Shown here piece after piece: positions 29,201-40,920 of a DNA stretch of 64,000 bases; positions within the stretch are counted from its first letter, which is position 1; the number at the start of each line of letters is the position of its first letter. The stretch lies in the NCBI GenBank assembly GCA_002269645.1, contig NIVC01004016.1, positions 1-64,000 on the forward strand, in the 5' to 3' direction. The position numbers and the translations under genes were made by a program. This DNA comes from Macrostomum lignano (lineage: Eukaryota). The notes below the pieces were generated by a model, which ran no database searches, was not told where the DNA came from, and saw only the letters and a list, made by a program, of their open reading frames with translations.

Positions 29201-32200
29201 GCGCTAAAAGGAATGCCTGCGGCGCTAAAATGAGTATCTACGGCGCTAAAAGGAATGCCTGCGGCGCTAAAATGAGTATCTACGGCGCTAAAAGGAATGC
29301 CTGCGGCGCTAAAATGAGTATCTACGGCGCTAAAAGGAATGCCTGCGGCGCTAAAATGAGTATCTACGGCGCTAAAAGGAATGCCTGCGGCGCTAAAATG
29401 AGTATCTACGGCGCTAAAAGGAATGCCTGCGGCGCTAAAATGAGTATCTACGGCGCTAAAAGGAATGCCTGCGGCGCTAAAATGAGTATCTACGGCGCTA
29501 AAAGGAATGCCTGCGGCGCTAAAATGAGTATCTACGGCGCTAAAAGGAATGCCTGCGGCGCTAAAATGAGTATCTACGGCGCTAAAAGGAATGCCTGCGG
29601 CGCTAAAATGAGTATCTACGGCGCTAAAAGGAATGCCTGCGGCGCTAAAATGAGTATCTACGGCGCTAAAAGGAATGCCTGCGGCGCTAAAATGAGTATC
29701 TACGGCGCTAAAATGGTATCTACGGCGCTAAAAGGAATGCCTGCGGCGCTAAAATGAGTATCTACGGCGCTAAAAGGAATGCCTGCGGCGCTAAAATGAG
29801 TATCTACGGCGCTAAAAGGAATGCCTGCGGCGCTAAAATGAGTATCTACGGCGCTAAAAGGAATGCCTGCGGCGCTAAAATGAGTATCTACGGCGCTAAA
29901 AGGAATGCCTGCGGCGCTAAAATGAGTATCTACGGCGCTAAAAGGAATGCCTGCGGCGCTAAAATGAGTATCTACGGCGCTAAAAGGAATGCCTGCGGCG
30001 CTAAAATGAGTATCTACGGCGCTAAAAGGAATGCCTGCGGCGCTAAAATGAGTATCTACGGCGCTAAAAGGAATGCCTGCGGCGCTAAAATGAGTATCTA
30101 CGGCGCTAAAAGGAATGCCTGCGGCGCTAAAATGAGTATCTACGGCGCTAAAAGGAATGCCTGCGGCGCTAAAATGAGTATCTACGGCGCTAAAAGGAAT
30201 GCCTGCGGCGCTAAAATGAGTATCTACGGCGCTAAAAGGAATGCCTGCGGCGCTAAAATGAGTATCTACGGCGCTAAAAGGAATGCCTGCGGCGCTAAAA
30301 TGAGTATCTACGGCGCTAAAAGGAATGCCTGCGGCGCTAAAATGAGTATCTACGGCGCTAAAAGGAATGCCTGCGGCGCTAAAATGAGTATCTACGGCGC
30401 TAAAAGGAATGCCTGCGGCGCTAAAATGAGTATCTACGGCGCTAAAAGGAATGCCTGCGGCGCTAAAATGAGTATCTACGGCGCTAAAAGGAATGCCTGC
30501 GGCGCTAAAATGAGTATCTACGGCGCTAAAAGGAATGCCTGCGGCGCTAAAATGAGTATCTACGGCGCTAAAAGGAATGCCTGCGGCGCTAAAATGAGTA
30601 TCTACGGCGCTAAAAGGAATGCCTGCGGCGCTAAAATGAGTATCTACGGCGCTAAAAGGAATGCCTGCGGCGCTAAAATGAGTATCTACGGCGCTAAAAG
30701 GAATGCCTGCGGCGCTAAAATGAGTATCTACGGCGCTAAAAGGAATGCCTGCGGCGCTAAAATGAGTATCTACGGCGCTAAAAGGAATGCCTGCGGCGCT
30801 AAAATGAGTATCTACGGCGCTAAAAGGAATGCCTGCGGCGCTAAAATGAGTATCTACGGCGCTAAAAGGAATGCCTGCGGCGCTAAAATGAGTATCTACG
30901 GCGCTAAAAGGAATGCCTGCGGCGCTAAAATGAGTATCTACGGCGCTAAAAGGAATGCCTGCGGCGCTAAAATGAGTATCTACGGCGCTAAAAGGAATGC
31001 CTGCGGCGCTAAAATGAGTATCTACGGCGCTAAAAGGAATGCCTGCGGCGCTAAAATGAGTATCTACGGCGCTAAAAGGAATGCCTGCGGCGCTAAAATG
31101 AGTATCTACGGCGCTAAAAGGAATGCCTGCGGCGCTAAAATGAGTATCTACGGCGCTAAAAGGAATGCCTGCGGCGCTAAAATGAGTATCTACGGCGCTA
31201 AAAGGAATGCCTGCGGCGCTAAAATGAGTATCTACGGCGCTAAAAGGAATGCCTGCGGCGCTAAAATGAGTATCTACGGCGCTAAAAGGAATGCCTGCGG
31301 CGCTAAAATGAGTATCTACGGCGCTAAAAGGAATGCCTGCGGCGCTAAAATGAGTATCTACGGCGCTAAAAGGAATGCCTGCGGCGCTAAAATGAGTATC
31401 TACGGCGCTAAAAGGAATGCCTGCGGCGCTAAAATGAGTATCTACGGCGCTAAAAGGAATGCCTGCGGCGCTAAAATGAGTATCTACGGCGCTAAAAGGA
31501 ATGCCTGCGGCGCTAAAATGAGTATCTACGGCGCTAAAAGGAATGCCTGCGGCGCTAAAATGAGTATCTACGGCGCTAAAAGGAATGCCTGCGGCGCTAA
31601 AATGAGTATCTACGGCGCTAAAAGGAATGCCTGCGGCGCTAAAATGAGTATCTACGGCGCTAAAAGGAATGCCTGCGGCGCTAAAATGAGTATCTACGGC
31701 GCTAAAAGGAATGCCTGCGGCGCTAAAATGAGTATCTACGGCGCTAAAAGGAATGCCTGCGGCGCTAAAATGAGTATCTACGGCGCTAAAAGGAATGCCT
31801 GCGGCGCTAAAATGAGTATCTACGGCGCTAAAAGGAATGCCTGCGGCGCTAAAATGAGTATCTACGGCGCTAAAAGGAATGCCTGCGGCGCTAAAATGAG
31901 TATCTACGGCGCTAAAAGGAATGCCTGCGGCGCTAAAATGAGTATCTACGGCGCTAAAAGGAATGCCTGCGGCGCTAAAATGAGTATCTACGGCGCTAAA
32001 AGGAATGCCTGCGGCGCTAAAATGAGTATCTACGGCGCTAAAAGGAATGCCTGCGGCGCTAAAATGAGTATCTACGGCGCTAAAAGGAATGCCTGCGGCG
32101 CTAAAATGAGTATCTACGGCGCTAAAAGGAATGCCTGCGGCGCTAAAATGAGTATCTACGGCGCGCTAAAAGGAATGCCTGCGGCGCTAAAATGAGTATC

Positions 32201-35200
32201 TACGGCGCTAAAAGGAATGCCTGCGGCGCTAAAATGAGTATCTACGGCGCTAAAAGGAATGCCTGCGGCGCTAAAATGAGTATCTACGGCGCTAAAAGGA
32301 ATGCCTGCGGCGCTAAAATGAGTATCTACGGCGCTAAAAGGAATGCCTGCGGCGCTAAAATGAGTATCTACGGCGCTAAAAGGAATGCCTGCGGCGCTAA
32401 AATGAGTATCTACGGCGCTAAAAGGAATGCCTGCGGCGCTAAAATGAGTATCTACGGCGCTAAAAGGAATGCCTGCGGCGCTAAAATGAGTATCTACGGC
32501 GCTAAAAGGAATGCCTGCGGCGCTAAAATGAGTATCTACGGCGCTAAAAGGAATGCCTGCGGCGCTAAAATGAGTATCTACGGCGCTAAAAGGAATGCCT
32601 GCGGCGCTAAAATGAGTATCTACGGCGCTAAAAGGAATGCCTGCGGCGCTAAAATGAGTATCTACGGCGCTAAAAGGAATGCCTGCGGCGCTAAAATGAG
32701 TATCTACGGCGCTAAAAGGAATGCCTGCGGCGCTAAAATGAGTATCTACGGCGCTAAAAGGAATGCCTGCGGCGCTAAAATGAGTATCTACGGCGCTAAA
32801 AGGAATGCCTGCGGCGCTAAAATGAGTATCTACGGCGCTAAAAGGAATGCCTGCGGCGCTAAAATGAGTATCTACGGCGCTAAAAGGAATGCCTGCGGCG
32901 CTAAAATGAGTATCTACGGCGCTAAAAGGAATGCCTGCGGCGCTAAAATGAGTATCTACGGCGCTAAAAGGAATGCCTGCGGCGCTAAAATGAGTATCTA
33001 CGGCGCTAAAAGGAATGCCTGCGGCGCTAAAATGAGTATCTACGGCGCTAAAAGGAACGGCGCTAAAAGCCTGCGGCGCTAAAATGAGTATCTACGGCGC
33101 TAAAAGGAATGCCTGCGGCGCTAAAATGAGTATCTACGGCGCTAAAAGGAATGCCTGCGGCGCTAAAATGAGTATCTACGGCGCTAAAAGGAATGCCTGC
33201 GGCGCTAAAATGAGTATCTACGGCGCTAAAAGGAATGCCTGCGGCGCTAAAATGAGTATCTACGGCGCTAAAAGGAATGCCTGCGGCGCTAAAATGAGTA
33301 TCTACGGCGCTAAAAGGAATGCCTGCGGCGCTAAAATGAGTATCTACGGCGCTAAAAGGAATGCCTGCGGCGCTAAAATGAGTATCTACGGCGCTAAAAG
33401 GAATGCCTGCGGCGCTAAAATGAGTATCTACGGCGCTAAAAGGAATGCCTGCGGCGCTAAAATGAGTATCTACGGCGCTAAAAGGAATGCCTGCGGCGCT
33501 AAAATGAGTATCTACGGCGCTAAAAGGAATGCCTGCGGCGCTAAAATGAGTATCTACGGCGCTAAAAGGAATGCCTGCGGCGCTAAAATGAGTATCTACG
33601 GCGCTAAAAGGAATGCCTGCGGCGCTAAAATGAGTATCTACGGCGCTAAAAGGAATGCCTGCGGCGCTAAAATGAGTATCTACGGCGCTAAAAGGAATGC
33701 CTGCGGCGCTAAAATGAGTATCTACGGCGCTAAAAGGAATGCCTGCGGCGCTAAAATGAGTATCTACGGCGCTAAAAGGAATGCCTGCGGCGCTAAAATG
33801 AGTATCTACGGCGCTAAAAGGAATGCCTGCGGCGCTAAAATGAGTATCTACGGCGCTAAAAGGAATGCCTGCGGCGCTAAAATGAGTATCTACGGCGCTA
33901 AAAGGAATGCCTGCGGCGCTAAAATGAGTATCTACGGCGCTAAAAGGAATGCCTGCGGCGCTAAAATGAGTATCTACGGCGCTAAAAGGAATGCCTGCGG
34001 CGCTAAAATGAGTATCTACGGCGCTAAAAGGAATGCCTGCGGCGCTAAAATGAGTATCTACGGCGCTAAAAGGAATGCCTGCGGCGCTAAAATGAGTATC
34101 TACGGCGCTAAAAGGAATGCCTGCGGCGCTAAAATGAGTATCTACGGCGCTAAAAGGAATGCCTGCGGCGCTAAAATGAGTATCTACGGCGCTAAAAGGA
34201 ATGCCTGCGGCGCTAAAATGAGTATCTACGGCGCTAAAAGGAATGCCTGCGGCGCTAAAATGAGTATCTACGGCGCTAAAAGGAATGCCTGCGGCGCTAA
34301 AATGAGTATCTACGGCGCTAAAAGGAATGCCTGCGGCGCTAAAATGAGTATCTACGGCGCTAAAAGGAATGCCTGCGGCGCTAAAATGAGTATCTACGGC
34401 GCTAAAATGCTACGGCGCTAAAAGGAATGCCTGCGGCGCTAAAATGAGTATCTACGGCGCTAAAAGGAATGCCTGCGGCGCTAAAATGAGTATCTACGGC
34501 GCTAAAAGGAATGCCTGCGGCGCTAAAATGAGTATCTACGGCGCTAAAAGGAATGCCTGCGGCGCTAAAATGAGTATCTACGGCGCTAAAAGGAATGCCT
34601 GCGGCGCTAAAATGAGTATCTACGGCGCTAAAAGGAATGCCTGCGGCGCTAAAATGAGTATCTACGGCGCTAAAAGGAATGCCTGCGGCGCTAAAATGAG
34701 TATCTACGGCGCTAAAAGGAATGCCTGCGGCGCTAAAATGAGTATCTACGGCGCTAAAATGAGTATCTACGGCGCTAAAAGGAATGCCTGCGGCGCTAAA
34801 ATGAGTATCTACGGCGCTAAAAGGAATGCCTGCGGCGCTAAAATGAGTATCTACGGCGCTAAAAGGAATGCCTGCGGCGCTAAAATGAGTATCTACGGCG
34901 CTAAAAGGAATGCCTGCGGCGCTAAAATGAGTATCTACGGCGCTAAAAGGAATGCCTGCGGCGCTAAAATGAGTATCTACGGCGCTAAAAGGAATGCCTG
35001 CGGCGCTAAAATGAGTATCTACGGCGCTAAAAGGAATGCCTGCGGCGCTAAAATGAGTATCTACGGCGCTAAAAGGAATGCCTGCGGCGCTAAAATGAGT
35101 ATCTACGGCGCTAAAAGGAATGCCTGCGGCGCTAAAATGAGTATCTACGGCGCTAAAAGGAATGCCTGCGGCGCTAAAATGAGTATCTACGGCGCTAAAA

Positions 35201-36358
35201 GGAATGCCTGCGGCGCTAAAATGAGTATCTACGGCGCTAAAAGGAATGCCTGCGGCGCTAAAATGAGTATCTACGGCGCTAAAAGGAATGCCTGCGGCGC
35301 TAAAATGAGTATCTACGGCGCTAAAAGGAATGCCTGCGGCGCTAAAATGAGTATCTACGGCGCTAAAAGGAATGCCTGCGGCGCTAAAATGAGTATCTAC
35401 GGCGCTAAAAGGAATGCCTGCGGCGCTAAAATGAGTATCTACGGCGCTAAAAGGAATGCCTGCGGCGCTAAAATGAGTATCTACGGCGCTAAAAGGAATG
35501 CCTGCGGCGCTAAAATGAGTATCTACGGCGCTAAAAGGAATGCCTGCGGCGCTAAAATGAGTATCTACGGCGCTAAAAGGAATGCCTGCGGCGCTAAAAT
35601 GAGTATCTACGGCGCTAAAAGGAATGCCTGCGGCGCTAAAATGAGTATCTACGGCGCTAAAAGAGTATCTACGGCGCTAAAAGGAATGCCTGCGGCGCTA
35701 AAATGAGTATCTACGGCGCTAAAAGGAATGCCTGCGGCGCTAAAATGAGTATCTACGGCGCTAAAAGGAATGCCTGCGGCGCTAAAATGAGTATCTACGG
35801 CGCTAAAAGGAATGCCTGCGGCGCTAAAATGAGTATCTACGGCGCTAAAAGGAATGCCTGCGGCGCTAAAATGAGTATCTACGGCGCTAAAAGGAATGCC
35901 TGCGGCGCTAAAATGAGTATCTACGGCGCTAAAAGGAATGCCTGCGGCGCTAAAATGAGTATCTACGGCGCTAAAAGGAATGCCTGCGGCGCTAAAATGA
36001 GTATCTACGGCGCTAAAAGGAATGCCTGCGGCGCTAAAATGAGTATCTACGGCGCTAAAAGGAATGCCTGCGGCGCTAAAATGAGTATCTACGGCGCTAA
36101 AAGGAATGCCTGCGGCGCTAAAATGAGTATCTACGGCGCTAAAAGGAATGCCTGCGGCGCTAAAATGAGTATCTACGGCGCTAAAAGGCGCTAAAAGAGT
36201 ATCGGCGCTAAAAGAATGCCTGCAGCGGCGCCAAAATGAGCGCTGACAACACGCTTCTTAAAATAATGGAAATGTAGGAATTTAGTCATGTACATGTTGA
36301 ATTATTTGCTTTGTGCCCCCCCCTCACCATATAAAATCCATGGCGACTCCCTGATCAT
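2256..36358. mobile_element. Putative non-autonomous DNA transposon (MITE-like shell) whose internal tandem repeat has expanded to ~34 kb
   Basis: Imperfect terminal inverted repeats: left atgatcaagcgcgtcgcca (2256-2274) versus the reverse complement of the right end (36341-36358), atgatcagggagtcgcca. There is a subterminal G-run on the left, and gcccccc(cc)tcacca occurs near both ends (~2318 and ~36315). No clean direct target-site duplication was found. Confidence 0.55.
2373..36245. repeat. Satellite DNA array: ~800 copies of the 42-bp dimer ggcgctaaaatgagtatctac-ggcgctaaaaggaatgcctgc
   Basis: Read directly from the sequence. The two 21-bp subunits are identical at 16/21 positions and share the core cggcgctaaaa. 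Units are degenerate only at the two edges; interior changes are rare short indels or subunit skips. Confidence 0.99.
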
Positions 36359-36392
36359 ATACATCTTATCTACATGTATCTATTGATGTACA

Positions 36393-36798
36393 TGTAACCC
36401 GTGCGACTATTAGGCTCTGGCCGAACACCCCTGCTTCCTCGAACTACGAGTTTCTTCCCTTAGTTCATAGTGGTTGCTTGTGGTGTGGCTGAGTGGCAAA
36501 GGTCCCTCGAACCAAACTAGCTCGTAGAGGCTCCGGGGTGTTTTATATAGGTACACGCCAAAGGCGTGGGCGCCTCCAGCCTTCTGCGTAGAAGTAAGTG
36601 GCACCGGGACCTTTCACTAATGAGACTGAGCTCCCAGCCTGTACGGGCAACGAATTAAGGGACTCTATGCGAAGTATCAATAAAGTAGTCTAGACTAATG
36701 CCAAAACGAGGATTATTTTCGACCCTGGAGCGCGGTATCCCAAGGGCTTTACTATTTCCTAATTCCCCGCGTCTCGTTATGCGTTCTGAGATGTGACA
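36393..36798. mobile_element. Possible solo or partial LTR (~400 bp)
   Basis: Begins tgtaac and ends gtgaca (TG...CA, 5/6 inverted match). There is a TATATAAAA on the minus strand (~36540-36549) and aataaa on the plus strand at 36679. No TSD or partner LTR is seen. Confidence 0.3.
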
Positions 36799-37118
36799 GC
36801 GATAAGACTGTGATTTCTCTTCAACTAGCGCTTGTATGCGCTATTTCGATTAAGTACACTACGTGGTATCCAGACTCCATAGTGATGCACGCGTGGTCTC
36901 GGAGCTTATATGTACTTTTTTTAGTCGGGCATACTGTATTGGTGGTAAATTTGCTAATTATACATTACCTGAACTTCAGTTTCTCCGATCTATATCTGCA
37001 GCACATCACTTTACTCTCGCAGCTTAACCTTAAGGCAGTGGCAGCTTACGACTGGACATCAATTTGACTAACTAAAAGCAATTGGCCAAGAAGTTTAGCT
37101 CCCGCAATAATTAATCAT

Positions 37119-37810
37119 NNNNNNNNNNNNNNNNNNNNNNNNNNNNNNNNNNNNNNNNNNNNNNNNNNNNNNNNNNNNNNNNNNNNNNNNNNNNNNNNNN
37201 NNNNNNNNNNNNNNNNNNNNNNNNNNNNNNNNNNNNNNNNNNNNNNNNNNNNNNNNNNNNNNNNNNNNNNNNNNNNNNNNNNNNNNNNNNNNNNNNNNNN
37301 NNNNNNNNNNNNNNNNNNNNNNNNNNNNNNNNNNNNNNNNNNNNNNNNNNNNNNNNNNNNNNNNNNNNNNNNNNNNNNNNNNNNNNNNNNNNNNNNNNNN
37401 NNNNNNNNNNNNNNNNNNNNNNNNNNNNNNNNNNNNNNNNNNNNNNNNNNNNNNNNNNNNNNNNNNNNNNNNNNNNNNNNNNNNNNNNNNNNNNNNNNNN
37501 NNNNNNNNNNNNNNNNNNNNNNNNNNNNNNNNNNNNNNNNNNNNNNNNNNNNNNNNNNNNNNNNNNNNNNNNNNNNNNNNNNNNNNNNNNNNNNNNNNNN
37601 NNNNNNNNNNNNNNNNNNNNNNNNNNNNNNNNNNNNNNNNNNNNNNNNNNNNNNNNNNNNNNNNNNNNNNNNNNNNNNNNNNNNNNNNNNNNNNNNNNNN
37701 NNNNNNNNNNNNNNNNNNNNNNNNNNNNNNNNNNNNNNNNNNNNNNNNNNNNNNNNNNNNNNNNNNNNNNNNNNNNNNNNNNNNNNNNNNNNNNNNNNNN
37801 NNNNNNNNNN
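37119..37810. other. Assembly gap (692 N)
   Basis: Run of n characters. Confidence 1.
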
Positions 37811-38094
37811 TCGCCTGTTTGCACTGTGCAGTATTGGAAATTGCTAGTCATATGCAGGTAGTTTAGTTTGAAATTCTAGGAGAGGGATGACAAAACTGTG
37901 TAGTTAAAACTGAAATGTCAATAGATAATTTCAATTTTTTGTATGCGCATAGTCAGCAAATATCAATAAATTCAGTTGATCACGAAGCTACAGAGTGCTG
38001 AGAACGTCGGTTTTAAAAATCGATTTTTCGAGTTATTTTCTGCTACTGCATTATCCCCAGACTTTGCTAGTCACTTAATTAGCCAATTAGTTAA

Positions 38095-38534
38095 TCACCC
38101 AGTCAATCAGTTGGTCACCCAGTCAATCAGTTGGTCACCCAGTCAATCAGTTGGTCACCCAGTCAATCAGTTGGTCACCCAGTCAATCAGTTGGTCACCC
38201 AGTCAATCAGTTGGTCACCCAGTCAAACAGTTGGTCACCCAGTCAAACAGTTGGTCACCCAGTCAATCAGTTGGTCACCCAGTCAATCTGTTGGTCACCC
38301 AGTCAAACAGTTGGTCACCCAGTCAAACAGTTGGTCACCCAGTCAAACAGTTGGTCACCCAGTCAATCTGTTGGTCACCCAGTCAATCAGTTGGTCACCC
38401 AATCAGTTGGTCACCCAGTCAATCAGTTGGTCACCCAGTCAATCAGTTGGTCACCCAGTCAATCAGTCGGTCACCCAGTCAATCAGTTGGTCACCCAGTC
38501 AATCAGTCGGTCACCCAGTCAATCAGTTGGTCAC
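38095..38534. repeat. 20-bp minisatellite (tcacccagtcaatcagttgg)n, ~22 copies
   Basis: Direct reading. Variants include aaacag, aatctg and gtcgg, plus one 4-bp-shorter unit near 38400. It explains the overlapping low-complexity ORFs here. Confidence 0.97.
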
Positions 38535-38823
38535 TGCTATTCCGGGTATGTATGACAGTTTTCTGATAAGAATTCATATCTCGTAGGCATGCACAGCACA
38601 AGCGTATAAAGAAAATGGTTTATAAAATATCTTTGCCAATTCTAAGCAATGAAGCCAGTTAGTGGCAGAGAAAAGGCCAACAATGTCTCAGGTCTAAGTA
38701 GGAAACTCAAAATGTATTTCTAGTAATTTGAATGAAAATCAATGCATGCTAAAAACCGTGGTCGACATGATAATGTTGACTGTCATATACAAAGTAGACT
38801 TAATATTTTACAACCCATTTGGG

Positions 38824-39504
38824 ACTCTGAATGGAGGGGCACTCTGAACGGAGGGGCACTCTGAGTGGAGGGGCACTCTGAACGGAGGGGTACTCTGAAC
38901 GGAGGGGCACTCTGAACGGAGGGCCACTCTGAGTGGAGGGGCACTCTGAACGGAGGGGCACTCTGAGTGGAGGGGCACTCTGAACGGAGGGGCACTCTGA
39001 GTAGAGGGGCACTCTGAACGGAGGGGCACTCTGAGTGGAGGGGCACTTTGAATTAAGGGGCACTCTGAGAGAAGGGGCACTCTGGAAGGAGAAGCACCCG
39101 GGAATGATGGGCACTCTGGAAGGAGGGGAACTCGTGAAGAAGGGGCACTCGGGAAAGAGGGGCACTCGGAAAGAAGGGGCACTCGGGAAGGAGGGGCACT
39201 CGGGAAGGAGGGGAACTCATGAAGAAGGGGCACTCGGGAAAGAGGGGCACTCGGGAAGAAGGGGCACTCGGGAAGGAGGGGCACTCGGGAAGGAGGGGAG
39301 CTCATGAAGAAGGGGCACTCGGGAAAGAGGGCACTCGGGAAGGAGGGGCACTCGGGAAGGAGGGGAACTCATGAAGAAGGGGCACTCGGGAAGGAGGGGA
39401 GCTCATGAAGAAGGGGCACTCGGGAAAGAGGGCACTCGGGAAGGAGGGGCACTCGGGAAGGAGGGGAACTCATGAAGAAGGGGCACTCGGGAAGGAGGGG
39501 CACT
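38824..39504. repeat. 17-bp G-rich minisatellite with two sequence domains, ~40 units
   Basis: 38824-39045 consists of actctga(acg/gtg)gaggggc units. After a transition zone, actcgggaaggaggggc and actcatgaagaaggggc units follow, with a 101-bp higher-order block repeated at 39300 and 39401. Confidence 0.95.
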
Positions 39505-39603
39505 ATCTGAAGAGTGGCACTATCAAGTTCGGCACACGAATATACCACCTGAAAAGATGGCTAAGAGGCAATACCATTAGACTAGTGCTACTGCTAGACA
39601 CCG

Positions 39604-40243
39604 CTACCGTGGCTGTGCGGACCGGGCAGTCCTTAGCCGGCGCAGCTCTTCAAAGGTGACCCAGGACACGGCGCCGAAACCCAATCTACGCAGCAGCCTG
39701 GGTGCCAGGCCCCTCGTCAGGCCGGCGGCGAGCGAGCCCTCGCTATCCCGGATTCGCTGCAGCAGATCCGCCAGGCGCAGACGGCCGCCAGCAGCCAGCA
39801 GCTGTTGGTGAGTTTTCACAACATCTGCCGGATGGGTGGCCAGCGTGGCAATCAGGGAGCCGCAGGCGGACGCAAAGCAGAGCCGGGCAAGGCGGTACTT
39901 GAAGTTGGCATTATTTTCTAGGAATATGGGCAGGTGAATTAATAAGCTATTGGTCTCGGAGTACACAGCAAAGTAGATGCTAGAATAGGGCACATCTCTG
40001 GCTAGGGTTGCCGCCAAGCCTCTGTAGAAGGCAGCGGGGCCGCCGCCAGCGCGCCAGAGCCAGCCGGCTGCGCTGAACAGGCCGGGCGGGCACCGGCCGC
40101 CAGCCTCGATGTTGGTCTTCAGTGTCACCAGCGGCTGCAGAGCGACAGCCGTGGCGGATCTGGCGGCGGCGGCGACGCCGGCCGCTTTAGCGAGGCCGCC
40201 GATTGATGCGTCGTCGCGACTTGTCGACAGTCTGTCGTGCAGG
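39604..40243 (-). CDS. SLC25A38: Mitochondrial glycine carrier (SLC25A38/Hem25-like), exon 2 (3' exon)
   Basis: Acceptor ...cgcctgcag|C at 40244/40243 completes the phase-2 codon from exon 1. Translation gives (S)LHDRL...ARSATAVALQPLVTLKTNIE...RDVPYSSIYFAVY...HPADVVKTHQQ...RGLAPRLLRR...WVTFEE. These match carrier repeats 2 and 3 with the SLC25A38-type signatures (RDAPF/Y, PADVxKT, PRxLRR). Confidence 0.9.
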
Positions 40244-40920
40244 CTGCAGGCGGCGATGTTGTTAAAAGTTTCCGCATCATCAAAAAATCGTTGCGATGCA
40301 TTCGACTACTTATAGTAGAAATATTCGATTTTTTGTTTACGATTTAACTGCCTAACTGTTTCAAATTACTCGCATACTTTTCGGCGAGCCAGTTGGATAA
40401 ATTCGACTGCTCCCTGCTCGGGTTTCCCTAAGTCAACTGAGCTACATGGGGTCCACCAAAACTAGATAGATGATAGATGATCCGCTTGTGATTGAATCGG
40501 TACATCACAATACATGTATTTTGTACAATTATGAGCCTATTTGCACCATGCAAGTTCAAACGATAAGAAATTACCAGAAGTCACTAGCCGCCACAAGCTA
40601 ATAGTAATTTCAAAATAATAAATAAAAATATTCTCAGGAAGGCCGTGAACACCCTGGCGCTACCATTTCGGCGAAATCGTCCCTCACACCCAGAGCTGAG
40701 GCAATTCTGCCCATTCCGCTGACCCCTGAGCACACACAAGCGCGCCAATGCTGCACGCACTCATGCACACGCTCACACAGGGTGTACAGCGGCACACAGG
40801 GTGTCAGGCATGTACACTCTCTGTGCCTTGGGGGGGGGGGGGCTGCGCACGGAATCAAACCAGGGAGAGTCGGGCGTTTTAACCCCTGAGCTGCTCTGTC
40901 ACCAATGGTAACCTTATTAC

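Noticed and set aside
2568-36194. Giant ORFs (MSIYGAKRNACGAK)n as real protein-coding genes
   Set aside because: They are pure translations of a 42-bp satellite with no synonymous variation or unique termini, and frame breaks coincide with repeat indels.
2373-36245. CRISPR array (constant core plus spacer look)
   Set aside because: There are only two alternating, mutually related 10-nt spacers, no cas genes, and the context is eukaryotic.
2373-36245. Telomeric repeat
   Set aside because: No TTAGGG-like unit, and the array is internal with unique flanks on both sides.
37111-37851. 246-aa ORF
   Set aside because: It consists almost entirely of N-gap codons.
37976-39659. Overlapping ORFs in several frames
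   Set aside because: They are by-products of the 20-bp and 17-bp minisatellites.
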